A stretch of 64,000 nucleotides of DNA from Spirochaetaceae bacterium (GTDB lineage Bacteria > Spirochaetota > Spirochaetia > DSM-2461): the NCBI GenBank assembly GCA_965224705.1, contig OZ245056.1, forward strand, positions 1,344,001 through 1,408,000, in the 5' to 3' direction. The position numbers and the translations under genes were made by a program. Every line of letters begins with the position of its first letter. The stretch's first letter is position 1. The notes beneath the pieces are model-generated. The model saw nothing but the letters and a program-made list of their open reading frames with translations, did no database searches and had not been told where the DNA came from. This document shows, piece by piece, positions 30,998 through 40,722 of this stretch.

Positions 30998-32386
30998 TCA
31001 CTTCCGTTCGGAATTCTTCTCTTCATTGATTTGATCCAGTTTGCGCTGGTTTTCTTCGGCCTGTGCAGCTATATCTTTGGCAAAATCAGGATACCGCTGA
31101 AGAATCTTGTCGAAAGTATCCTTGGCCAGTACATAGATATCGCAGTAAGCCCTGGCTTTGACCGTTGCTGTACGGGGAGACCTCAGAAGTAAAGCCATTT
31201 CTCCAAAAAAACGACCGGAGGTTAATGTTGCGTAGACGATGCTGCACTCTTCATTCAAAACGTCAACTTCACCCCGGTTGATGAAATACATCTCATACCC
31301 CACCTCGCCATACCTGATGATTATATCATCTGGAGTGTAAATCACAGGTTTGAGATTCAAAACTATGTCGCGAATTAACTCACGGGAGGCATTTTTGAAC
31401 ATTGGTACCTTTTCAATGATATCTTGGTTTAGAAAAAAAGAGACCTGTGCTTTCAACGAGACAGGCAGATCACTCAATAGGTTCGATTCTTCATATCCTC
31501 GACGACTTTCCCAGAGGTAGTCGTAATAGCTTTTTATACGGGTCTGTAAATTGCCCGGGATACTTCTATGCTGGAGAAAGATTGAAACATTCTCAACTTT
31601 GTCACGGAACTGACTCTTTGCAATGTCTATGTTGGAAATAATATTAGCGATATTACCAATAATAAAACCATAGAGAGCTGCTCCTATAAGCATAACGATT
31701 ATAACATAGATGTATTGAACAGGATAAATCGGTGTAATATCACCATATCCTATTGTTGTCAGCGTTGTCACAGTCCAGTAGAAAGCTTCCAGATAGATGA
31801 TATCAGGGGAAGTGGAAGCAATTGAACTCTTTCCGGGACCTTCAATGAAAACCCAGCCGCATGTAATAAGATGAGCTGCGATAAGAATCCAGAATACCAG
31901 AAGTATCAGACGTATAAAGGCAGGTTTAATGAAACTGAGTTTGTGTGCTCTATTGAGTGTCTTCGTGATACTCACAAGTTTGAATAATCTGAGTAGTAGA
32001 AAATAACTCAGGAGTTTTTCAATGATAACCCCATGACTGTTTGAAAGTATCCATACGAATGGCAATGCGGCGATAACATCAAATACGAATAAACCTTTTA
32101 AGTAATGCACGGCTATCTTTTTCTGATCGGTAACCAGTATTTGACGTTCTATCAGTCCTGTGTTGAAGTTGATAACAATATCTGAAAAAAAAGTGAATGT
32201 TCCTAAAGTATCAATGAATACTGTAAAAGAGGAACTGTGTGAAGGAAAGACAATCTGTAATGGAGAGCTTATGGTAAAAACAACGGTGATAATGAGAACA
32301 TAAATTTCCCAGTAGATCTTGAACTTGCTTTCCGGATGGAGAGGGAATGATATCATGGAATCTGCACTGTTGAAATACTGATACAT
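30998..32386 (-). CDS. Cyclic nucleotide-gated K+ channel (SthK-like)
   Basis: Pore TTLTTIGYGD, C-linker, CNBD FFGEMALLLRSPRTATV. Confidence 0.9.
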   Translation of the reverse strand: MYQYFNSADSMISFPLHPESKFKIYWEIYVLIITVVFTISSPLQIVFPSHSSSFTVFIDTLGTFTFFSDIVINFNTGLIERQILVTDQKKIAVHYLKGLFVFDVIAALPFVWILSNSHGVIIEKLLSYFLLLRLFKLVSITKTLNRAHKLSFIKPAFIRLILLVFWILIAAHLITCGWVFIEGPGKSSIASTSPDIIYLEAFYWTVTTLTTIGYGDITPIYPVQYIYVIIVMLIGAALYGFIIGNIANIISNIDIAKSQFRDKVENVSIFLQHRSIPGNLQTRIKSYYDYLWESRRGYEESNLLSDLPVSLKAQVSFFLNQDIIEKVPMFKNASRELIRDIVLNLKPVIYTPDDIIIRYGEVGYEMYFINRGEVDVLNEECSIVYATLTSGRFFGEMALLLRSPRTATVKARAYCDIYVLAKDTFDKILQRYPDFAKDIAAQAEENQRKLDQINEEKNSERK

Positions 32387-32527
32387 GGAGTTTCTACTTG
32401 TTTTATCATCGGAGAGGGTATTCTGAAACTCAAGTGCTGTGAAGTTTTTGTGGTACTGTGCAGATCTAAAATCGTTTGGCTGTAGATCAAGAAGGATTGA
32501 CCTCTGTCAGAAATGCCTTCTTTCCCG

Positions 32528-32578
32528 GTGTCAGAAAGCTTGTTAAAGTGATAAAACCATGCCAGGCTGTTGAAAAAA
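32528..32578. mobile_element. Solo family-B end (32528-32544) followed by a possible IS end CAGGCTGTTGAAAAA (32563-32577)
   Basis: Exact GTGTCAGAAAGCTTGTT with no partner arm; marks the core/accessory boundary. Confidence 0.5.
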
Positions 32579-32738
32579 CTCCCCATGAGGGAATCCATTT
32601 TAAGCAGGGTCAATCTGGGTGAAAAAAGCAGAAACCTGGCTGTGCGAGTGGCGTAATCCGGGGGTATTCCGACAGTGAAGACGGTTAAAGCGGGAGAAAA
32701 AGACCGGGAACAGCCGCAGCACGATTAAGTCTATTCTC

Positions 32739-32787
32739 GAATCGCATCAGCCGCTTCTGACTATCCGAGTGCATGCATCTGTTATGC
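32739..32787 (-). repeat. Truncated attC-like site after arsM
   Basis: Minus strand GCATAAC-AGATGCATGCACTCGGA..., with the arsM stop TAA inside an R''-like TAAC box; right arm largely missing. Confidence 0.45.
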
Positions 32788-33585
32788 CTCTGGCTTGATT
32801 GCCTTAATACTTGCCGAAACAACATAATCCTCTATCTTGCTTCCAGGCATCCAATTCTGGATAAATTCCCTGCTTTCCTCTTTTGGTTTTATTGATATTT
32901 CCTCAAATCCTGCATCTTCCAGCATCGATTTAATATCTGTGATTAAAGATGCACCAGACATGCAGCCGGTAAACAGTGTCATATTATCTTTCATTGACTT
33001 TGGCAGCTCAACAGCAGCAACAACATCCGAAATAGCCAGGCGTCCACCGGGCTTCAACACCCGATATGATTCTTGAAAAACCCTGTGCTTTTCAGGCGAC
33101 AGATTGATGACGCAATTGGAAATGATGACATCGATTATGCCATCCGCTACAGGCAGATTTTCTATTTCACCCAGACGGAAATCCACATTGCTGAGACCTG
33201 CCTTTTCGGCATTGGCTCTTGCATTGCTCACCATTTCCGGTGTCATATCAACACCTATCACTTTCCCTGAATGTCCCACTTCGTTAACGGCAAGAAAACA
33301 ATCAAAACCACCGCCGCTGCCTAAATCAAGGACGGTTTCGCCTGCCTGCAATGCGGCTATTGCCCTGGGGTTGCCGCAGCCCAGGCCCATGTTTGCACTC
33401 TCAGGTACTTGATTCACTTCGGAACTTGAATAGCCAAGTTCCATTGATGTTGTCTTTGCATCAGAACTGGATTCACTGCAGCATGAAGTTGCCGAGCATC
33501 CACAGCTTGCATTTTCTGATTCCGCGATTTTGCCATACTGTTCACGGACAGCCTTACGTATGTGGTTATTTGTCATTTGATTCAT
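32782..33585 (-). CDS. arsM: Arsenite methyltransferase
   Basis: VREQYGKIA, Cys-rich N-terminus, ANMGLGCGNP, LDLGSGGGFDCFLA, ISNCVINLSP, GCMSGA. Confidence 0.92.
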   Translation of the reverse strand: MNQMTNNHIRKAVREQYGKIAESENASCGCSATSCCSESSSDAKTTSMELGYSSSEVNQVPESANMGLGCGNPRAIAALQAGETVLDLGSGGGFDCFLAVNEVGHSGKVIGVDMTPEMVSNARANAEKAGLSNVDFRLGEIENLPVADGIIDVIISNCVINLSPEKHRVFQESYRVLKPGGRLAISDVVAAVELPKSMKDNMTLFTGCMSGASLITDIKSMLEDAGFEEISIKPKEESREFIQNWMPGSKIEDYVVSASIKAIKPEA

Positions 33586-33635
33586 ATCAATCTCCTCCCC
33601 CTATAGACGGAAAAGGAAGAAAAAGGACGCAGTTT

Positions 33636-34172
33636 TTAGCAAAATTTGCAGTCCTTAGCCCTTTTCTCATACGAAACAAGCTGGTTTCTATTGTTGATTT
33701 CAAATTGACAACAATCATTGAGCATCGTCTTTAGCAAAGCCCTGCCTCTTTGAACTCTCGATTTAGCACCTGACAGGCTAATGTTTTCAAGTTCGGCTAG
33801 CTCTTTTTGAGTCCTGTTTTCCATTTCGGACATCTGAATAGCATTACGGTATTTGTCTGGCAATTCTCTAATCATAATTTTAAGACATGACGATAATTCT
33901 TTCCTGAGGCCTTCCTCGTCTTCCGTTTGAGGCTGTTCTATCCAGTCTGGAAGTTCTTCTGTCGTCCGTTTTAAACGGTAATAGTCGACTACTGTATTTC
34001 GTGTTATCTGATATAGCCAATTCTCAAGCTTTGTATCGTCTTTAAGAGAATCAATTCGGGCATGAATCTTCATAAAAACATCCTGTAGAAGATCCTCCGC
34101 CACATCCTCCGCAACCCTGCTTTTCAGGAAAGCGGCCAATCTCATGTGGTACTCATGCCATATTTTTTCCAC
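33636..34172 (-). CDS. sigZ: ECF sigma factor SigZ (probable GTG start 34172)
   Basis: EDLLQDVFMKIH, WLYQITRNTVVDYYR, ISLSGAKSRVQRGR, C-terminal DCC. Confidence 0.85.
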   Translation of the reverse strand: MEKIWHEYHMRLAAFLKSRVAEDVAEDLLQDVFMKIHARIDSLKDDTKLENWLYQITRNTVVDYYRLKRTTEELPDWIEQPQTEDEEGLRKELSSCLKIMIRELPDKYRNAIQMSEMENRTQKELAELENISLSGAKSRVQRGRALLKTMLNDCCQFEINNRNQLVSYEKRAKDCKFC

Positions 34173-34349
34173 AGCCTGATTGCCCCCTCGTTTGTAGATA
34201 CGACCAGATTGTACTGCATGGCCGTGAAACCTGTCTTTGTGGCTTGTTCCTGAGAATGCTTGCACATTGCCGACGCGGCACCCCGTCCTCTGGCTTTGCC
34301 ATCAGCTATGCAGCCACAATTGCATGTCCGCTGCTAAACAACATTAGTT

Positions 34350-34889
34350 TCATTCAGGAAACTTCTTTATATGCGCATGGAGTTTTTTTATAGCCCAGTC
34401 GTAGTGACTGGACGCAGCGGACACACAGTAACTCCCAAGTGTGGTTGTACCTGTCCAATCGTAGTGTCGTTTTGTAAAAAGCTCTTCATCGGAGAATGGC
34501 TGTATCAATTCCAATACTGCTTCGTGGCTCGCTTTCAACATCTTCCTGGCGTCTTCAAGTTCCGTGTTCTGATGTTTTTGCCAAAACTCTGAATTCATTT
34601 CGCCGTATGTTTTCCAGTTATACGGTTCTGGAAGGAAGGGTGATTTGTTTCCAGCCATATTCGATGCAATCCATTTCAAAAGCAACTGATGCCATTCATA
34701 GAGATGTGTCAAAACATCCCTTAGATTTTTATCTCTTTTCCAATGGGCTTCTTTTTTCTTCAAATCATCGGAAAAGTCAAATTCTGAGGACAAAGCGCTT
34801 TTTGTCATTGTGTCAATCACCTGCCACAGCTTTTCAAAATTTGTCGTTGCGGCTTCGATTAAGTCTTTTTTTGTTGTCGGTCTTGCCAT
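34350..34889 (-). CDS. ClbS/DfsB family (DUF1706) four-helix bundle protein
   Basis: MARPTTKKDL, RDKNLRDVLTHLYEWHQL, PEPYNWKTY, SSHYDWA. Confidence 0.85.
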   Translation of the reverse strand: MARPTTKKDLIEAATTNFEKLWQVIDTMTKSALSSEFDFSDDLKKKEAHWKRDKNLRDVLTHLYEWHQLLLKWIASNMAGNKSPFLPEPYNWKTYGEMNSEFWQKHQNTELEDARKMLKASHEAVLELIQPFSDEELFTKRHYDWTGTTTLGSYCVSAASSHYDWAIKKLHAHIKKFPE

Positions 34890-34929
34890 CTTTATAATTC
34901 ACTTCTGTGCTCAGGTCCATACATGCCTG

Positions 34930-35090
34930 GAGTCTGTCGGACTTACGCCTCACGGCTCGATTTTTGCCCTTTTTACCTGCTGCTGTGTTGCCAAAATACT
35001 CACGTAGCCCAGCTACGCTCCGTTTTTGTCGCCTCGCATCAGGAAAAAATCATCAAAAATCACCTCGAAGTCTTAAAGTCCGACAGACTC
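34930..35090 (+). mobile_element. MITE family A, copy 2 (161 bp)
   Basis: Terminal IRs; supplies the last codons and stop of the AAA gene. Confidence 0.85.
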
Positions 35091-36835
35091 CTTGAATAAC
35101 GCAATGCCAGCTCCTTGCCCCGAAATCCCACACCCAGTACAAGCACTTCTTCAGGATGCCATTTTTTCTTTATGCCTTCAAGGTATTTCCGCTCGGCCTC
35201 GTCCAGAGCGGCCTGGGCCAGTTTATCCAGGCTCGCACTCTCCCCAATATTCCCCTGCTTGAATTCAAACAGAATGACTGCCTCGGCCTGATTCGGCAGG
35301 CTTCCCGGTCGGGCCAATACAATGTCCGGGCGGCCCATACCGCATTCCTTGTTGCTTTCTATCCTGTATTCACCGCTTAAGTAGGCCAGCAGGCCCAGAA
35401 CCAGACCGTGGTAGAAACTCTCCCGGCGTTTTCTGGCTTTCAGCTCGGACCTGCCGCCCATATCATAAAAGCTGGAAAGGTCAAATAGAATAGCTCCAAG
35501 ATTATCTTCAATGGCGGCGGCATTCATATCCCGTATCCCCTGAACAAAGTCTAAAAAATATCGGTTAATATTCAAGTCGGTATTCAGCCAGCCCATAATG
35601 ACATTGTTGTATAAGGAATGAATTTCCCGGTTAGGTATTTCTATCCGGTAATCCTGACTGTAGGGATGCTGCTGCATTTCACTGGCCTTCAAATATCCCC
35701 CGTGGAGCAGAAATCCCCATCCCAAATCTTCCGGGCCATCTTTAATCTGCGGAAAAGCAATGTTGACGGCCACTTTTTTTCTGACTTCATACCCGTTGAG
35801 AAGTTGTTCCACAGTATTTCGCCTGCTCTCCCGGTTCAACTGGAGCAGGTCCTTGACAAGCTGATTATCGCTGGTGTTGGTCCAGTAGGGCTGGAAGCCG
35901 TCTTTTGGTGTTCTTACATAACTGACCAGGCTCCAGGGATTGTAGATGACCGTGTCGCCGCCGAAAATATAGCCGTTATACCATTCCTTTATGCCATCCA
36001 TCTTGTCTGAAATTCCAAAATACTCGGCCATGGCTCCCACCTCGGATTCGGTGAATCCGAAACAATCTTTCATGGCATCATTCAGTACGGTGGATACCGC
36101 CGGATTATTGAAGTCACTAAAAATACTTTCTTGAGCCGCCTTGAGTATGCCGATTACCACGCCCTGCTGCAGGCTGGGGTTATCCTTGAAGGTCTGTCCC
36201 ATAAAGCTGCGTATGAAGCGAATGATTTCGTCATAATATCCTTCCATGTAGGCAGATTGCAGGGGAGTGTCGTACTCGTCCAGAAGGATGTAGACCTTTT
36301 TACCATAGGCACGGTGAAGCCAGGCAGAGAGGTTTTTAATGGACTTCGCATAGTCTCCATCCAAACATTGTTCCTGCAGCAATCTCACATAGAAATCTCT
36401 ATGTTTTTCGAGGAGACTTCCATTTTCCAAAAGATAGGCGTGCCTTTCGAATTCACTTGAGACGGCATCTTTTATTGAACTCATGCATTCGTTTACTGAT
36501 GCACTTTTCACATTCTTGAAACTCAAGGTAATAACCGGATACTGCCCCATGTAATCAACACATTCGGGATGTTGGGAGACGGAAAAATCGTCAAAAAGAT
36601 ACGCATTGGGAGGATTAGTAAGGCCGGAATTGGGAAACGGGGCCTCGAAAAAGTAGCGGATCATGCTCAGGTTCAAAGTTTTCCCAAAACGGCGGGGACG
36701 GGTTATCAGGTGAACTTTGCTGACGTGGTCGATAAGATGGCTGATAAGATGTGTTTTATCGACAAAATAGCAATCATTGTCGATGTATTCCTTGAAATCA
36801 GTAATCCCCTGTTCCAGTTTCTTCATGGTTGGCAT
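35060..36835 (-). CDS. AAA-ATPase-like protein with C-terminal PD-(D/E)XK nuclease domain
   Basis: YFVDKT, TRPRRFGKTLN, LLDEYDTPL, WYNGY, YNPWS, ESFYHG, ESNKECGMGRPDI, FEFK. Confidence 0.88.
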   Translation of the reverse strand: MPTMKKLEQGITDFKEYIDNDCYFVDKTHLISHLIDHVSKVHLITRPRRFGKTLNLSMIRYFFEAPFPNSGLTNPPNAYLFDDFSVSQHPECVDYMGQYPVITLSFKNVKSASVNECMSSIKDAVSSEFERHAYLLENGSLLEKHRDFYVRLLQEQCLDGDYAKSIKNLSAWLHRAYGKKVYILLDEYDTPLQSAYMEGYYDEIIRFIRSFMGQTFKDNPSLQQGVVIGILKAAQESIFSDFNNPAVSTVLNDAMKDCFGFTESEVGAMAEYFGISDKMDGIKEWYNGYIFGGDTVIYNPWSLVSYVRTPKDGFQPYWTNTSDNQLVKDLLQLNRESRRNTVEQLLNGYEVRKKVAVNIAFPQIKDGPEDLGWGFLLHGGYLKASEMQQHPYSQDYRIEIPNREIHSLYNNVIMGWLNTDLNINRYFLDFVQGIRDMNAAAIEDNLGAILFDLSSFYDMGGRSELKARKRRESFYHGLVLGLLAYLSGEYRIESNKECGMGRPDIVLARPGSLPNQAEAVILFEFKQGNIGESASLDKLAQAALDEAERKYLEGIKKKWHPEEVLVLGVGFRGKELALRYSRSLSDFKTSR

Positions 36836-36919
36836 GGTAGCATAGGGATTAAGTCGTGTCTCAAAGTATGTGAGATCTCACCTGAATCGATATAAAAAGT
36901 GAAAAACAAAGGTTCAATC

Positions 36920-37010
36920 TTTTTAACCCAGAAGGTAAGCCCTATGAAGCTCGATACTATTCAAGAAACTTTGAACACTCTGCGCTCTCTGCGTCCTCTG
37001 CGGTTAAAAA
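36920..37010. repeat. Degenerate REP-like palindromic element (CTCTGCG x3 ending GGTTAAAAA)
   Basis: CTCTGCGCTCTCTGCGTCCTCTGCGGTT at 36978-37005 with a decayed left arm TTTTAACCCAGAAG. Confidence 0.5.
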
Positions 37011-37107
37011 CCCATGAATAAGGCTTTGAATATGTGGAATACGGTATATTTTCGCCCTCAAGCAATCCTATTCCGTGTCCCTGGAAGCCTTAAAATCCGA
37101 CAGATTT

Positions 37108-37663
37108 CTAAAGCCACTGTGAGATTCCAATATAAACCAGAGACAATGCAAGTAGAATGCTGATAATCCGAAGAGACAGCGGGTTTTGGAAGACCGCCGA
37201 TATGAACACCCCCCCCCAGAGTCCAGGTCAGGGCGGAACAGGTACTGACGAGAATAATTATTGACTGGGAGTACAGCACGGTGGAAACTGTCCGCGAGGC
37301 CGGGAGGGACCCCAGGGCACTCAGGGCGAAAAACCACGCCTTAATGTTAATCCACTGAAAGAAAAAGGCCGCCCAGAACCCCAGAGGTTTGTATTGCTTC
37401 TTCCCCCTGGGATCCGCCATCAGGATCGGCGGAACCGGGGGTATCGCCTTCGTTCTTCCCTTCCGCTGGAACGGTCATCTGATCATTCTATACGCCAGAT
37501 AGGCAAAATACACAGAACCGATGCTTTTGATGATTATATCGAAGAAGGAGACACGATGGACGAGGGCGTAAATCCCCATGTTGATGCAGAAGAACAAAAA
37601 GCTGAATCCCACCACAATCCCCGCAATATGGCGGCGTGTTTTTTCCAGGCCACGGCTCCTCAT
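37108..37663 (-). pseudogene. LysE-family translocator remnant
   Basis: GSVYFAYLAYRM, FFFQWINIKAW; in-frame TGA at 37475-37477; G9 tract frameshift at 37209-37217; N-terminus missing. Confidence 0.7.
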
Positions 37664-37782
37664 GCATGTGTTCAGATTTCTTTCACTCAGTTAGCTTTGT
37701 TTTGTGAGATTTAGTTTAACAGATTTCAGTGCTTTTTTGTTTTCTTTTATTTTGTCTCGGGGCTTTAGATACCCCATAGATA

Positions 37783-39285
37783 ATGGGAAACATATTGACC
37801 TATGATGAATATGCATGTACTGTATTGAAAATGCAGAACCATCTGCGACCATACATACACTTTACTCCGCAGAAAAACTGGATGAACGATCCGAATGGTT
37901 GTGTGTTCTTCAACAATACATATCATTTGTTTTTTCAGTGCAACCCACATGCAGACACATGGGGAACAATACATTGGGGGCATGCACAAAGTACGGATCT
38001 TCTTCATTGGAAGGAATTAGATATTGCCCTGTATCCCAACGAAAAGCTGGGGTATCCTTTTTCAGGATCAATAGTCGTTGACCGCAATAATGTGAGTGGC
38101 TTGTTTGCATCTGCCCCTGGTCTCATTGCCCTGTATACTGGCCATGTACCTCGCGAAGGCGGGGCTCTTGAACATCAATGTCTTGCATATAGTGATGACG
38201 AAGGGATAACATGGTCTATATACGGTGAAAACCCCGTTATCTCCAATCAAGAAAACCTTCCCGACTTTCGGGACCCGAAGGTTTTTTATCATCACAGAAC
38301 ACATTCGTGGAATCTTGTTCTTGCTGCAGGCAAACAAGTTTATTTTTATCGATCTCACAATCTCCTTCATTGGGAATTCTGCAGTGCATTCACCAAGGAA
38401 ATTGAATGGGACCACAGTGCCCTGGAATGCCCCGACTGCATATGCATGCAGGCACAAAGTGGAGAGGAGTATTGGTTTTTAGTTCTGAGCATACAAAACA
38501 GTGATGGGCCGGTAATGCTGTATATTGTCGGTAATTTTGATGGGGAGAAATTTACGGAACGAGACCCACAAAAACCCGCACAGAGCTTTGATTATGGAAA
38601 CGACTTTTATGCAGCCCAATCATGGTATGGAACAAAAAGCAGAACTATATGGATTGCCTGGGCAAACCATTGGCGGTATTCAAGTACTGTCCCCACCGAT
38701 CCATGGAGCGGAACAATGACCCTCCCCCGATCGCTAACACTTGTTGAGGAGGAGGCAGGGGTCATCCTCATACAAAAACCAGTTGAGGAAGTGGAGGAAC
38801 TTCGCGGGGAGGCAGTGGAAATTGAACAAGATGTCCTCCTCCATACAGAATGTGCCCATGAGTACCAGTTTGTATTGAACCATGCATGTGGAGGGAAAAT
38901 GCAGCTTCGCGTTACGACCGCATCAAATGAAAACATTTTCATGGAATGGGATGGTACATCAACAAGATTTACCCTCAATCGAGATGGACTCATATTATCG
39001 GAGTTCGATCCATTTTTCCAAAAACCCATGACCGTTACATTTTCTGAAGAAGAACTTGCTGAAGATCGGCTGTTTGTTCGGATGATTCTTGATAATTCCA
39101 TACTTGAACTATTTTTTCAAAGTGGTGAAAAAGTAATAACGGCTCAGGTTTTCCCCACCACACCATTTACGAATATTAGCTATACCTGTTCCGGGCAAAC
39201 GTCTATGGACTCTGCCATGTATTACCCCCTCATTTCGCAGGAGGATACAATGGGCATGCTTAACTATGAGAAAAAGGCAACGTAG
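37783..39285 (+). CDS. GH32 beta-fructosidase (levanase/inulinase-like)
   Basis: WMNDPNG, HWGHA, FSGS, FRDPKV, ECPD, DYGNDFYAAQ. Confidence 0.92.
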   Translation: MGNILTYDEYACTVLKMQNHLRPYIHFTPQKNWMNDPNGCVFFNNTYHLFFQCNPHADTWGTIHWGHAQSTDLLHWKELDIALYPNEKLGYPFSGSIVVDRNNVSGLFASAPGLIALYTGHVPREGGALEHQCLAYSDDEGITWSIYGENPVISNQENLPDFRDPKVFYHHRTHSWNLVLAAGKQVYFYRSHNLLHWEFCSAFTKEIEWDHSALECPDCICMQAQSGEEYWFLVLSIQNSDGPVMLYIVGNFDGEKFTERDPQKPAQSFDYGNDFYAAQSWYGTKSRTIWIAWANHWRYSSTVPTDPWSGTMTLPRSLTLVEEEAGVILIQKPVEEVEELRGEAVEIEQDVLLHTECAHEYQFVLNHACGGKMQLRVTTASNENIFMEWDGTSTRFTLNRDGLILSEFDPFFQKPMTVTFSEEELAEDRLFVRMILDNSILELFFQSGEKVITAQVFPTTPFTNISYTCSGQTSMDSAMYYPLISQEDTMGMLNYEKKAT

Positions 39286-39316
39286 TTGCTGAAATTTATT
39301 TATTAGGAGGGTAGCT

Positions 39317-40603
39317 ATGAAAAACAAACTACTTATCATTATAAGTCTTGTGCTACTTGTAACAGCACAGATTTTTTCTGCGGGTCAGTCAGATGGAGGA
39401 GATGCAGGTCCCGTTGAATTAAGCATGTGGTATCATGGTGCAGGTAATACTGCCGAGCGTGACACCTTGTTGAATATTATTGATGAATTCAATGCTTCAC
39501 AAAGTGGCTATATCGTTGTATTGGAGGAGTTTCCTCAAGAATCATACAACGATTCGGTAACTGCTGCAGCCCTTGCTGGTAACCTTCCCGACATCATTGA
39601 TGTTGATGGGCCGGTAATGCCCAATTGGGCATGGTCGGGATACATGGCTCCACTCGGTTTGTCCGAAAGCCAGGTAGCCCGTTTCCTTCGTGGTGCCATT
39701 GGAAAGTGGAATGGTGAAATATATTCAATTGGTCTGTGGGATGCGGCCATTGCAATGTTTGCCCGCCGTTCGGTATTAGAGAACTACGGTATCCGTATAC
39801 CAACTCTCGACAACCCATGGACATTGGAGGAATTCAATACCATTCTTGCAACATTGCAAAACTCGGGTGAGTATGAATATGCCTTCGATCCTGGCATGGC
39901 ATGGACAGGCGAATGGTATCCATATGCCTTTTCTCCCCTTCTGCAAAGTTTTGGTGGCGATCTGATCAATCGAAAAACATACACAAGTGCGGAAAACGTT
40001 TTGAATGGACCTGAGGCTGTTGCCTTTGGCGAATGGTGGCAGGGTCTTTTTGAAAATGGCTATGCTCCGGGAGTAGGACAGGATGGTGCCGATAGGGAAA
40101 CAGGTTTTATTGATGGCAAATATGCCCTTCAGTGGAATGGTAACTGGGCAGCCCTCGCTGCCCTGGACGCCTTCGGTGATGATATGCTCTTTCTCCCTGC
40201 ACCAGATTTTGGTTCCGGATCAAAGATTGGTGCTGCTTCCTGGCAATTCGGTATTGCCGAAACAAGCGAAAACAAGGAAGGAGCACGGGCATTTATTGAA
40301 TTCGCCATACAGGATCAGTTCCTTGCGAATTTCACAAATGCCACAGGGCTTATTCCCGCAACAACGGAGGCGGCTGCTCTCACGGAGAACTATGCCCCTG
40401 GTGCTCCTCTTGCAACCTTCTTTGAACTGAGTAACACTCAAGGGCTTATCCGCCCACCCACACCTGGCTATGTTGTTATGGCAAAGGTTTTTGAGAAAGC
40501 CCTTGCCGATATAGCGAGCGGTGCTAATGTTCGGAGTACCCTTGATGCAGCGGTAGACGAAATTGAACTTGATATCCAAAACAACAACGGATATGGTTTC
40601 TAA
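39317..40603 (+). CDS. Carbohydrate ABC transporter substrate-binding protein
   Basis: GGAGG RBS, signal peptide, LPDIIDVDGP. Confidence 0.9.
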   Translation: MKNKLLIIISLVLLVTAQIFSAGQSDGGDAGPVELSMWYHGAGNTAERDTLLNIIDEFNASQSGYIVVLEEFPQESYNDSVTAAALAGNLPDIIDVDGPVMPNWAWSGYMAPLGLSESQVARFLRGAIGKWNGEIYSIGLWDAAIAMFARRSVLENYGIRIPTLDNPWTLEEFNTILATLQNSGEYEYAFDPGMAWTGEWYPYAFSPLLQSFGGDLINRKTYTSAENVLNGPEAVAFGEWWQGLFENGYAPGVGQDGADRETGFIDGKYALQWNGNWAALAALDAFGDDMLFLPAPDFGSGSKIGAASWQFGIAETSENKEGARAFIEFAIQDQFLANFTNATGLIPATTEAAALTENYAPGAPLATFFELSNTQGLIRPPTPGYVVMAKVFEKALADIASGANVRSTLDAAVDEIELDIQNNNGYGF

Positions 40604-40619
40604 TTCTTGATTGTATATG

Positions 40620-40651
40620 CCGGAGCGGAACATCCTCCGCTCTGGTTTTTT
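40620..40651 (+). terminator. Hairpin plus U-tract between SBP and permeases (terminator/mRNA stabiliser)
   Basis: CCGGAGCGGA-acatcc-TCCGCTCTGG-TTTTTT. Confidence 0.7.
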
Positions 40652-40722
40652 ATGGATTTGGGGAAGTACCATCTACCCCTCCCATTGATCTATGTAAATC
40701 TCAAAACATTGAGGAGTATTCT

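Noticed and set aside
34180..34345. Possible second attC after the ClbS/DfsB gene
   Set aside because: No convincing R''/R' pair or extended complementarity.
37209..37217. G9 tract as a phase-variation switch
   Set aside because: The gene also has an in-frame stop and lacks its N-terminus; could also be a homopolymer error.
37475..37477. In-frame TGA as selenocysteine or recoding
   Set aside because: It lies in a decayed gene, and other genes use TGA as a normal stop.
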